From an uncultured bacterium (GTDB taxonomy: Bacteria; Hydrothermota; UBA3073; NMUJ01; CBEVQO01): a stretch of 64,000 bases of DNA. Below, piece after piece: positions 50,301 to 58,367 of the stretch (positions are counted from its first letter, which is position 1; each line of letters starts with the position of its first letter). A program made the translations under genes and the position numbers. The notes under the pieces were generated by a model. That model was not told the DNA's origin, searched no databases, and saw nothing but the letters and a program-made list of their open reading frames with translations. Location of the stretch: assembly GCA_965552055.1 (NCBI GenBank), contig CBEVQO010000004.1:64001-128000 (forward strand), given 5' to 3'.

Positions 50301-51992
50301 GACAATTACACCTTTTACATGAAATTTATCGGATTTTTTATCATTTCCGGTGCATTCATCTCCTGGCAGATGCGATTCAACATAAGCAATGTGGTCTCCA
50401 TGTTCCGAGTAGCCAGATGCATACCAGTAAATTGTTGTATCTTCATTTGGATTTAAATGACCGACTTTGACACTATCCGTGTAAACTGTGTCACCTGAAG
50501 GAGATACAACCTTTACATCGACATAAAAATTACTTTGAGAATTTGTTCCTGCATTTTTTACTATCGCAATAACTGTTTCTGGTTGTGATGGCTCCACTGC
50601 ACTGGGTTTACATTCAACAGACATTACTTCTATGTCATTTGCAAAAACTTTTCCCTTACGGAATTCCACATCATCAATGTATATGCCGTATTCGTCATAA
50701 GAGTCATAATGGAAAGCTATTCTTAATGTGTCGCCTTCGTTGACGCTATTTAAAATTATAACTTTCTTTACGAAACTGGTATTACTTGTTGTTGTATCCC
50801 ATATTATTGTGTACTGCGATGTATCTTCCGAGAACCCCACATTCAATCTTACGCTGAAATGCTCATCTCCATATCCGTATTCGGAAGCTCCCCTGAACCA
50901 GAAAATAAGTGAATCTTTATTTGAGGATGCCACAACTGGTGGTAATATCAACCAGTCGTTATTAGGCAAATCCCACTTGCAGTAAGCAGAGTAGGTGCCC
51001 GAGTGAGCATGAGTGCTTGATAACTCCCATTCATCGTCTCCATCGAAGTTATAAATTTTCCAGCATTTACATGGCGGGAATTCAGAATATTCGAAACTCG
51101 TGCTCCATGGCACATTGTGTACCTCCATACAATGGAAGCTATCCTCTTTTTCATCATCGTTGTGCCATGCATCATCTGATAAATTTGCCTTCACTATTAC
51201 TGTGTAATCTCCATGTTCTGTTGCAACATCATAATTCCATGTGATAACGGTATCGCTGTCTGATTTTAATTCTCCAATTGTGACAGTATCTCCCCATACG
51301 ATGCTATCCGAAGAGTCTTTAATCCAGCAATATACGGGAACGCTGGATTCATCTGATGTACCCTCATTTTTTATCTCAGCGGTTATTGTAAGGGTATGTT
51401 TAGGCGGTATAACATTGTGGTTTAAGCTGAGGGATTTTACTGCGATGTTATGGGCAAGTTGACCTTTAATTCTGAAGAGGTCGATACATGGATTTGTGTA
51501 TCCGTAATCACTGTGTCCCCTGAATTTTATCATTATGATTTTGCTATCTGGTAAAGCATACTCAAAATGTGTCCATGCATCTTTTATCCCGAGCGAATCA
51601 AGTTCCACCCAGCTTTTACCAGAATCAGTAGAATAATAAACTTTTACCCAGTCCTCACCCGGAGGAGATGTGTTATCATACTCGTTGATGTAATAGAAAG
51701 AAAGTGTACAGTTAGCGGCAGATGTTAAGTCGAAAGTATCTGTTATTAAATCTTCCTCATATCCATTGCTCGATATATAAGAGTAAAATCTTGCGTATTT
51801 TGAGCCAGAGTAAGCGCTGTCAGGGTCACCACTGGATGAGCCATCGCCCCATACCCATCCGTCATCAGAGCCACTAACGGGCACGGTATCCCACTGTGCA
51901 GGAGGAAACATGTCCTCGAAATCCTCTTCAATCAATACAGTTGCTCCAAGACCAGTCCATAAAAACAACATCAATACAGATAACCATTTCAT
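47325..51992 (-). CDS. Large secreted clostripain-family (C11) cysteine peptidase with adhesin/CARDB-like domains and T9SS-like CTD
   Basis: Signal peptide from ATG 51992; FE..FPP..W adhesin-like repeats; KWTVMVY..GDNNL, WDHGSGW (His), FDECLM (Cys); CTD PNPF..YDVTGR..AGIYF. Confidence 0.88.
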   Translation of the reverse strand: MKWLSVLMLFLWTGLGATVLIEEDFEDMFPPAQWDTVPVSGSDDGWVWGDGSSSGDPDSAYSGSKYARFYSYISSNGYEEDLITDTFDLTSAANCTLSFYYINEYDNTSPPGEDWVKVYYSTDSGKSWVELDSLGIKDAWTHFEYALPDSKIIMIKFRGHSDYGYTNPCIDLFRIKGQLAHNIAVKSLSLNHNVIPPKHTLTITAEIKNEGTSDESSVPVYCWIKDSSDSIVWGDTVTIGELKSDSDTVITWNYDVATEHGDYTVIVKANLSDDAWHNDDEKEDSFHCMEVHNVPWSTSFEYSEFPPCKCWKIYNFDGDDEWELSSTHAHSGTYSAYCKWDLPNNDWLILPPVVASSNKDSLIFWFRGASEYGYGDEHFSVRLNVGFSEDTSQYTIIWDTTTSNTSFVKKVIILNSVNEGDTLRIAFHYDSYDEYGIYIDDVEFRKGKVFANDIEVMSVECKPSAVEPSQPETVIAIVKNAGTNSQSNFYVDVKVVSPSGDTVYTDSVKVGHLNPNEDTTIYWYASGYSEHGDHIAYVESHLPGDECTGNDKKSDKFHVKGVIVPPYYTGFEEDSFPPCVCWEDVYRNWERYTSAPHSGNYYAHIDYNVSEGEGILVTPTINAGYNDTLIFWWKEADSKGKDIGHDSTLVEISQDNGATWTLWKILKIEHSSTWYAETLVFQNYCGSEVKVRWRYQTDKSYSAYGFNLDDIEIRAGERFEHDVGVAKIYFSPEICGKYQTDTIKIKAVNYGENDETFSLVKMVVEPSGETTYCDTTENIYLVSYHDTIIEFLYTPDTTGNHLVIARTLLTGDEFSNNDEKKDTLKVKPPDIYCSSSKIGGDGIADVGEDSVELIITLKNKGGFAYCVSCSLSESEPHAELIPPVKQNYGDMDYNDEVSKTFLFNVLDSATNGEELTFTLHIKDTTGYEKTEAINVIVGGKKWTVMVYIIGDNNLGDLGDNDVDEMESAGSTNQMNILVQIDGSSSYPYNDSSGSRTDANRYYIKYSPSANNKIDAYPEVQLGEIDMADTTEIFDFFKWCVDNYPAQHYMFVIWDHGSGWQKRAGLKGAGWDDGAGSMLGVSNGELHNLLRKMKNYIGRNIDVFGFDECLMCMLENAYEIKEFVDYFVGSEPPEPGEGWCYHFLKELKNNPDMSPKELANKVVDAYSDYYSSSSSCNLNAWDLGHSFQRLCWDVDKLAVECLKEGGMTNSAIKNVVSNLQGLIESWSPYNHYVDIRRLANDLKAQNISEGINEACDSILKHFGYPPYQEGMPLCTTWCNSDLNGVTYGMMINCPDDGSDLSGSWEDDFDYRWLKWAKNSAWYYFIAGYSSLPDTVILLYTGNSFVDEDGDTTPEPGEEVELDIRVRNSGNANAQNVWAKIYSEDSNISVIDDSCGFGTIPGDTEVISKDRVKIKIGSKCPMNRRVVLRLEIHTTQSKAELVFNDHIIFDVGVTKGDFPPSGPVGDIAKAVKRDFLKQEPNPFVHSTLIKFGLTNKKFVSVKIYDVTGRCIKTLKEGVLPAGIYKINFNAEKLPAGIYFCRMKTDNKIFTRKMIKIK

Positions 51993-52010
51993 AATACCCT
52001 CCTTTATCTT

Positions 52011-52037
52011 AATATAAGGAAAAAAAGAGGCTGTCAA
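52011..52037 (-). promoter_or_regulatory. Promoter TTGACA-N15-TATATT for the peptidase gene
   Basis: Followed by SD AAGGAGGG. Confidence 0.65.
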
Positions 52038-52041
52038 GAAA

Positions 52042-52192
52042 AAATTGAGAAAGTGCTGAAAAACGGTTATATAATATTGAGGATTTATAGAAATTCAAAA
52101 ATGGGTCGCAAAGGGCGAAGCCTTTCGAAAAAACTATGGGCGGGTGGGATAAACAAAAATTGAAAAATGGAATTTTTCAGCAATCTCAATTT
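52042..52192. mobile_element. MITE-like element, family A, with imperfect terminal inverted repeats
   Basis: AAATTGAGAAAGTGCTGAAAAA ... TTTTTCAGCAATCTCAATTT, central GAA-loop hairpin; partial second copy at 18747. Confidence 0.65.
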
Positions 52193-52200
52193 AAATTTTG

Positions 52201-52227
52201 TTGACATTTTGAATAAGTGATTATAAT
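52201..52227 (+). promoter_or_regulatory. Promoter TTGACA-N15-TATAAT; downstream gene probably leaderless
   Basis: Perfect boxes, ATG 6 nt downstream. Confidence 0.75.
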
Positions 52228-52233
52228 TAGTGT

Positions 52234-52647
52234 ATGGTATTGATACAGATATTTTTCGGGATACTTGTCTTGATGTTTGGCTGGCTCTGGTATTCTTTAC
52301 ATAAGATGGAAGAAAGGTTGCGTCGTGAGATGCGTGAAATGGAAAAAAGATTGCGAGAAAGTGATGAAAAATTGCGCAAAGAGATGATAGAAAGAGACGA
52401 GAGACTGCGTCGTGAGATGTTAGAGCATTTCAAAAAAATAGATGAACATTTAAGAAGGATTGATGCCCTGTTAATGCTGATAATAAAGGTTCATTTTGAA
52501 GAAATAGGTAAAGAAGCAATGGAGATAATGATGGGTTTAAAAACAGAAAGAGATGTGTTTTCGGATATTGCCAGAAATCTTGCCGATACTTTTAAGGATA
52601 AGATAAGAGAGGTTGTAAGAGAAGAGATTGCCAAATCCAAATCCTGA
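52234..52647 (+). CDS. Membrane-anchored coiled-coil protein
   Basis: N-terminal TM then E/R/M-rich repeats (ERLRREM twice). Confidence 0.7.
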   Translation: MVLIQIFFGILVLMFGWLWYSLHKMEERLRREMREMEKRLRESDEKLRKEMIERDERLRREMLEHFKKIDEHLRRIDALLMLIIKVHFEEIGKEAMEIMMGLKTERDVFSDIARNLADTFKDKIREVVREEIAKSKS

Positions 52648-53833
52648 ATTTTACATAAAGACATTCGGATGTAAATTAAATCAATATTTCAGTGAAGTTT
52701 TGAAAGAGAGTTTAGAAGATGCAGGCTTTATCTTTTCAAAAGAATCCCCCGATATTGTGATTGTAAACTCATGCACGGTGACGCACAAAGCAGATAGGGA
52801 TGCAAGGAAATGTATCCACAAATGGAAAAAACTGGGAAAAAAAGTAATATTGACAGGTTGTTATGCAAAAAGAGAAAAAAATATAAATGATGTTTTGATT
52901 TTGCCAGAAATCGAAGATGTGCTGAAGTATTTTGGAATTGAGAGAAAAAGAATAATTTCTGACTTTTCAGAAAAAGTTAAAGCATTTGTCATGGTTCATA
53001 CTGGCTGTGATAATTTTTGTTCCTATTGTATCGTGCCTTATGTGAGAGGTGCTCCCCGTTCCCGTCCTTATCGGGAGATAATTGAGGAAGCGGAAAATCT
53101 CGTAAAAAGAGGTTTTAAAGAAATTATCTTGACAGGGATAAATATCGGTAAATATAATTTTAATGATAAAAGATTAATTGATGTCATGAGAGGGGTTTCT
53201 AAAATTTCCGGGATAAAAAGAATATGGCTATCGTCAATTGAGCCCGATACTTTAGCAGATGATATAATTGATTTTGTAGCAGAAGAGAAAAAATTTGCAA
53301 AATACTTTCATATACCTTTGCAATCTGGAAGTGATAAAATTTTAAAACTGATGGGAAGAAGATACGATAAGAAATTTTTTGAGAAGCTCATTTTGAAGAT
53401 AAAGGGAAAAATTCATGATTGTGGAATAGGAACAGATGTTATCTGTGGTTTTCCCGGTGAAGAGGATGAAGATTTTGAAGAAACTTTTAGATTTTTAAAA
53501 GATTTGCCTTTTTCGAATATCCATGCATTTTCTTTTTCTGCGCGACCAGGTACAAAAGCTGAAAAACTTGAAGGAAAAGTTGAAAGTAAAAAGATAAAAG
53601 AAAGAATGCAAAGATTACAAAAGTTAAAAGAAGAAAAATTAAAAGAGTTTGTAGAAAGTTTTAAAGGGAAAAAGATAAATGTTCATTTTGAGAATTATAA
53701 AGAAGGTTTTTTATGTGGCACTTCTTACAATTACATAAAGGTAAAAGTTAAAGGTGAAAAATGTTTTGTTGATGGATTTTTTGATGTTGAAATTAAAAAT
53801 TATAAAAATGGCTATGCGGAAGGATTACTTTAA
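52628..53833 (+). CDS. mtaB: tRNA methylthiotransferase, MtaB-type (radical SAM)
   Basis: TFGCKLNQ, VNSCTVT..AD, TGC, GCDNFCSYC, HIPLQSGS, FS.RPGT.A. Confidence 0.85.
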   Translation: MPNPNPEFYIKTFGCKLNQYFSEVLKESLEDAGFIFSKESPDIVIVNSCTVTHKADRDARKCIHKWKKLGKKVILTGCYAKREKNINDVLILPEIEDVLKYFGIERKRIISDFSEKVKAFVMVHTGCDNFCSYCIVPYVRGAPRSRPYREIIEEAENLVKRGFKEIILTGINIGKYNFNDKRLIDVMRGVSKISGIKRIWLSSIEPDTLADDIIDFVAEEKKFAKYFHIPLQSGSDKILKLMGRRYDKKFFEKLILKIKGKIHDCGIGTDVICGFPGEEDEDFEETFRFLKDLPFSNIHAFSFSARPGTKAEKLEGKVESKKIKERMQRLQKLKEEKLKEFVESFKGKKINVHFENYKEGFLCGTSYNYIKVKVKGEKCFVDGFFDVEIKNYKNGYAEGLL

Positions 53834-55223
53834 GAATAATATTATGTATATATATCAGCAATTGCAAAAATGGGGTGATGCTTTTAAATTGCTTAAAAAT
53901 TTTGCAAAAGAGAAAGAGATTTTCCTTGTTGGCGGTGCTTTAAGGGATGGCTTATTACATTTGTCTTTAAAAGATTTTGATTTTGCGATAAGGGATAGTG
54001 GTGTTGAATTTGCCAGATATTTTGCAAAGCGCTTAAAAGGAGCATTTGTTATGCTCGATGAATCACTTGATATGGCAAGGGTTGTTATAGATAAAAAGAT
54101 AAATTTTGATTTTAACGGTATGCGAGATATAGATGAAGATTTGAGGAGGCGGGATTTTACTGTAAATGCAATATCTTTGAGATTTGGAGAATTTGAAATA
54201 TATGACCCTTTAAATGGAGTTAAAGATTTGGATAAAGGTTTAATAAGGGTAACGGGTAAAGGAGTATTTTCTGATGACCCTTTGCGTATTTTGAGAGCTT
54301 TTCGTTTTTCTGCTACTCATGGATTCAGGATAGAAAGGGGGACATATAATCTTATTTTGAAAGAGAAAGAAAGATTAAAGGGATGTGCTCCCGAAAGGAT
54401 TCATGAAGAATTGAAATATATTTTTAATGCGAGGTTTAGCTTTTGGGTGGTTGATAAAATGAGAAGGTCGGGAGTTCTTGAAATAATATTGAGTGAGTTG
54501 AAAGATTTGCGTGGTTTCCCTTCTGGTAAACCTTTGCGCGACCTTTTATGGCATTCACTTTATACTTTGAAAGCAATCGAAGAAATAGATTTATTGCATT
54601 CCGATGAAATTTTCTGGCGCTATATCAATGATAAATTTTATTTGTTGAAGTTATCTGCTTTATTGCATGATGTTGCAAAACCTCAATGCTATTGTGAAAG
54701 GGATGGAGAAGTTCACTTTTATGGACATGAGAAAGTGGGTGCTCAAATGGTTGAAGAAGGACTAAAAGATAGATTAAGATTGTCAAATAAGGAAGTAAAA
54801 GTTTTGAGTAAGCTTGTTTTATTGCATATGAGACCGCATTTACTATGTGCTGAGGTGAATCCCACAGATAAGGCGCTTTTCAGGTTGGTGAGGGATGCAG
54901 GCGAAGAAGCACCTGGTTTATTGCTTTTGGCTTATGCTGATGCACTTGCTTCTTTGTGCGATGAGGATTATCTTTCTAACATGAAAAAATTAATCGAAAG
55001 GGGGTCAACAATTTATAAAAATATGATTTCTCCGCGATTTAAAAGACTGATAACGGGAAATGATTTGATAAAACTTGGATTGAAACCGGGTCCTATTTTT
55101 AAGAGAATACTGGAAGATGTTGAGTCAAAGCAAATATCGGGTGAGTTAAAGAAAAAAGAAGATGCCCTTTCTTATGTTAAAGAAAAGTATTTAGAAAGGG
55201 GGTCGAATTTTGGTGAACGATAA
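53814..55223 (+). CDS. Class II tRNA nucleotidyltransferase with HD domain (probably CC-adding); start codon uncertain
   Basis: LVGG.LRD.LL, DFD, EDLRRRDFT.NA, DDPLR.LRA.RF, ERI..E, LLHDVAKP, G.DL..LG.KPGP. Confidence 0.88.
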   Translation: MRKDYFKNNIMYIYQQLQKWGDAFKLLKNFAKEKEIFLVGGALRDGLLHLSLKDFDFAIRDSGVEFARYFAKRLKGAFVMLDESLDMARVVIDKKINFDFNGMRDIDEDLRRRDFTVNAISLRFGEFEIYDPLNGVKDLDKGLIRVTGKGVFSDDPLRILRAFRFSATHGFRIERGTYNLILKEKERLKGCAPERIHEELKYIFNARFSFWVVDKMRRSGVLEIILSELKDLRGFPSGKPLRDLLWHSLYTLKAIEEIDLLHSDEIFWRYINDKFYLLKLSALLHDVAKPQCYCERDGEVHFYGHEKVGAQMVEEGLKDRLRLSNKEVKVLSKLVLLHMRPHLLCAEVNPTDKALFRLVRDAGEEAPGLLLLAYADALASLCDEDYLSNMKKLIERGSTIYKNMISPRFKRLITGNDLIKLGLKPGPIFKRILEDVESKQISGELKKKEDALSYVKEKYLERGSNFGER

Positions 55224-55312
55224 GTTTCTCGAAGCAGGAAAGATATGTTATGGACAAAATTCCAGAAAATGTAATAAATACAAAAAGCGGGATTTGATTT
55301 AAAAAATTTTTC

Positions 55313-55339
55313 TTGACAATGGTATTAGTTTGTTATAAT
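55313..55339 (+). promoter_or_regulatory. Promoter TTGACA-N15-TATAAT (with TG extended -10) for the TonB-PorV locus
   Basis: Perfect boxes read directly. Confidence 0.75.
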
Positions 55340-55358
55340 TAAAAGAATGGGGGGTGTT

Positions 55359-58358
55359 ATGAAAAGGTTATTTGTATTGGTGTTAATTTTAATGCCGGTT
55401 TTCTGTTATGCTGGTATTTATGGTAAGATAGCGGGCAGGGTGGTGGATGCGAAAACTGGTCGTCCAATTGAGAAAGCAGCTGTTAAGGTGAAAGGCACTC
55501 CACTTGGTACATTTACGGATGCCAATGGTTATTATGTTTTAATACAGGTGCCTGTGGGAGTTCATACCATTGAGGTTTCGAGGATGGGTTATGAGACGAA
55601 GGAAGTTGCGAATGTGCTTGTGCTTGCTGATTTGACGACCACAATTGATGTAGAACTTGAACCCACTGTGATAGTAGGTAAGAGGGTTGTGGTGATAGCT
55701 TCCCGTCCGATTATTGAGAAAGATGTTACCACATCTCGAACGATAGTTACTGCTGAGGATTTGGAGAACATGGCGGTTGCGAGTGTGAACCAGGCTGTTG
55801 TAGGTGCAGCTGGCGTTAATGTAGACCAGGAAGGTGCGATGCATATAAGAGGTGGTAGGGCTTTTGAGACTGCTTTTGTTCTTGATGGTGCTACGCTTGT
55901 GGATCCTTTTACAAATTATCAGGATGCTCATATACCGCAATCTGCAGCAGAAGAGATTTCGGTATTTACAGGGGGTTTTAATGCCGAGTATGGAAGTGCG
56001 CAGTCAGGTGTCATATCGGTAGTTACAAAATCTGGAAAAGAATATTATTTTGGTTCTTTTGGCTACAGGACGAATGATTACAGTATGTTTGGCAAAGGAT
56101 TTCATGATTTTATGGATAGGAATGAAGTTCAGAAGATGTGTTTACACAGGTGGGATTTCTCTTTTGGAGGTCCTGAGCCATTGAGTAATTTAGTGCTTCC
56201 TATGTTTGGAATTAAATCTTTACAACGGAAGATAAAATTCTTTATCTCGGGTGAAATCCAGAAGGATAGTGGTATAACATATTATGATGATCAATATAGA
56301 AGGTCATTGACCGGGAAAATCACCTTTGATGTAACACCGAAATTGAAGATAAAAATAGGAGGGTTGTGGTACAGGAATGATTTCCATGCTCATGATTTCT
56401 TTACGATTTATAGAGAGAGGTCAAACCAAGATCACTCTTATTTAAGATGGATGAGGAGGTGGGAAGGCTTACCTGATATCTGGCGTGAGACGAAGTCGAT
56501 TTATGCTGGTATAACGCATACGATTTCACCAACCACATTTTATGAGATAATCGTTGATAAACATCATACATTTAGAGGCTGGAATATTTTTGAAGATTTC
56601 CTAAGCGATACTCCGATAACTGACCCTGATGCTGTTTGTGAAGATACTTATCATATTGACCTGGTGAAAGGAGGAAAACTCACTCTTTATAAGTATTACA
56701 AGATTGTTGTTGATACTTATGTAATTGCGTATGATACTATTGTATGGGAAGATGGTAAATTTAAGTTTTATACCGTTTATGATACTGTGATTGATACTTT
56801 TAAGAAATATTATGGAGATGGTAAGGATGACTTTGCTGATTGGGATTTTGATGGTGATGTTGAGATAAATGGTCATGAGACGCCTTATTACTGGCCCGAT
56901 CCTGAGATGCCGCCAGCTCCTGCTCGCAAGGTTGACGATTATGGATATTATATTGAAGGTTACTACAGGGCTGCTTTTTATAGAAGAGATGCTACGGCAT
57001 ATACTTTTAAATTTAAGTTGACTTCTCAGATAACGAAGATACATCAAATCAGAACTGGTTTTGAATATAAACGGCACAATTTATGGCTTTATGATGCTGA
57101 TTTAGCGTCTGGAGGCAATTATTATCTTGAGAAATTTGGTGTTCCCGCGGATACTATACCTGTGCGACCTTATTATTTCAGTGCATATTTACATGATAAG
57201 ATGGAATTTAAGGGTATGATTGTAAATGCAGGTTTGAGATTCGATTACTGGGATGCTAATTGGGCTTATCAGCCAGCTGATCCATTCCATCCCGTGGAAG
57301 AAGGTTATGAGAACGAAGGTGGTCTTGCCCATATTTTGAATCCTACAAAGGTAAAGCCGAAGTGGCATTTATCACCGAGAATAGGAATATCCTTCCCGGT
57401 TACTGAATGGGATAAATTCCATTTCACCTATGGACACTATGTTCAAATGCCGCCTTATATTTTCCAGTTCAGGAATGCGACATGGGATTTGAGGGGAGCG
57501 TATCCTTTGCTTGGCAATCCCGATATTCGTCCTGAAATAACGGTTTCTTATGAGTGTGGAGTTGAGCATGCTTTTAATGAGTATGTGAAGGTTGATGTTA
57601 CAGGATTTTACAAAGATATTAGGGATTTGACCGATACTGAATCGATTTATTATACTCTTGCGAAATATTATACAAGGTATTGTAATGCTGATTACGGGAA
57701 AGTAAGAGGTTTTGAGGTTACTTTTAAGAAGCGTCCAGGTGGAGGGCGATTGCCTTTCCTATTTGTTGATTTAAGTTATACTTATCAGATAGCAACAGGT
57801 AAAAGTTCGTCTACTCGTCAGAATTATGACCTTACATGGGAGGGCTTTATAATACCAAAGAGGGAGGCATATCTTGATTGGGATCAGAGGCACAATTTAA
57901 CATTGCACCTCGGGATTGTTGTTCCAAAAGGAGTTGCGTTGTTTGGTATTCCTTATTTGTCCAACTTTAGAATAACATCGAGGACAGAGATTCAGAGTGG
58001 TTTCCCTTGGACTCCTCCGTCCTCTGTTGCTGAGCCGAGGATAAACGAAGGGAGATTGCCAGGTACACATATTACAAATTTAAGGTTACAAAAAATGTTT
58101 GATATTGGTAAATTGAAGGGCAGTTTATTCATGGATATTTATAATTTATTTAATGTGAGAGACAACATAAGTGTGCTTGCTGACTCTGACTGGTATCTTG
58201 CGAAGCTCACTTCGGAGGCAGGTTTAAGTGAAGATGATGTTTTAAAGGGCACGGGTTACCGAAAGTTGAAAGCGAGGTATGCGAAAGGCAGGTGGAATGA
58301 TCCAGCTACATTGATGTCACCGCGAAGAATAACCGTTGGCTTTGAAATAAAGTTTTAA
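55359..58358 (+). CDS. TonB-dependent receptor with carboxypeptidase-regulatory-like N-domain
   Basis: Signal peptide, GKI.G.V.D..TG.P, HIRGGR..E, GGFNAEYG...SGV, SPRIG.SFP, GNP..PE, C-terminal Phe. Confidence 0.92.
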   Translation: MKRLFVLVLILMPVFCYAGIYGKIAGRVVDAKTGRPIEKAAVKVKGTPLGTFTDANGYYVLIQVPVGVHTIEVSRMGYETKEVANVLVLADLTTTIDVELEPTVIVGKRVVVIASRPIIEKDVTTSRTIVTAEDLENMAVASVNQAVVGAAGVNVDQEGAMHIRGGRAFETAFVLDGATLVDPFTNYQDAHIPQSAAEEISVFTGGFNAEYGSAQSGVISVVTKSGKEYYFGSFGYRTNDYSMFGKGFHDFMDRNEVQKMCLHRWDFSFGGPEPLSNLVLPMFGIKSLQRKIKFFISGEIQKDSGITYYDDQYRRSLTGKITFDVTPKLKIKIGGLWYRNDFHAHDFFTIYRERSNQDHSYLRWMRRWEGLPDIWRETKSIYAGITHTISPTTFYEIIVDKHHTFRGWNIFEDFLSDTPITDPDAVCEDTYHIDLVKGGKLTLYKYYKIVVDTYVIAYDTIVWEDGKFKFYTVYDTVIDTFKKYYGDGKDDFADWDFDGDVEINGHETPYYWPDPEMPPAPARKVDDYGYYIEGYYRAAFYRRDATAYTFKFKLTSQITKIHQIRTGFEYKRHNLWLYDADLASGGNYYLEKFGVPADTIPVRPYYFSAYLHDKMEFKGMIVNAGLRFDYWDANWAYQPADPFHPVEEGYENEGGLAHILNPTKVKPKWHLSPRIGISFPVTEWDKFHFTYGHYVQMPPYIFQFRNATWDLRGAYPLLGNPDIRPEITVSYECGVEHAFNEYVKVDVTGFYKDIRDLTDTESIYYTLAKYYTRYCNADYGKVRGFEVTFKKRPGGGRLPFLFVDLSYTYQIATGKSSSTRQNYDLTWEGFIIPKREAYLDWDQRHNLTLHLGIVVPKGVALFGIPYLSNFRITSRTEIQSGFPWTPPSSVAEPRINEGRLPGTHITNLRLQKMFDIGKLKGSLFMDIYNLFNVRDNISVLADSDWYLAKLTSEAGLSEDDVLKGTGYRKLKARYAKGRWNDPATLMSPRRITVGFEIKF

Positions 58359-58367
58359 GGGGGGGTT

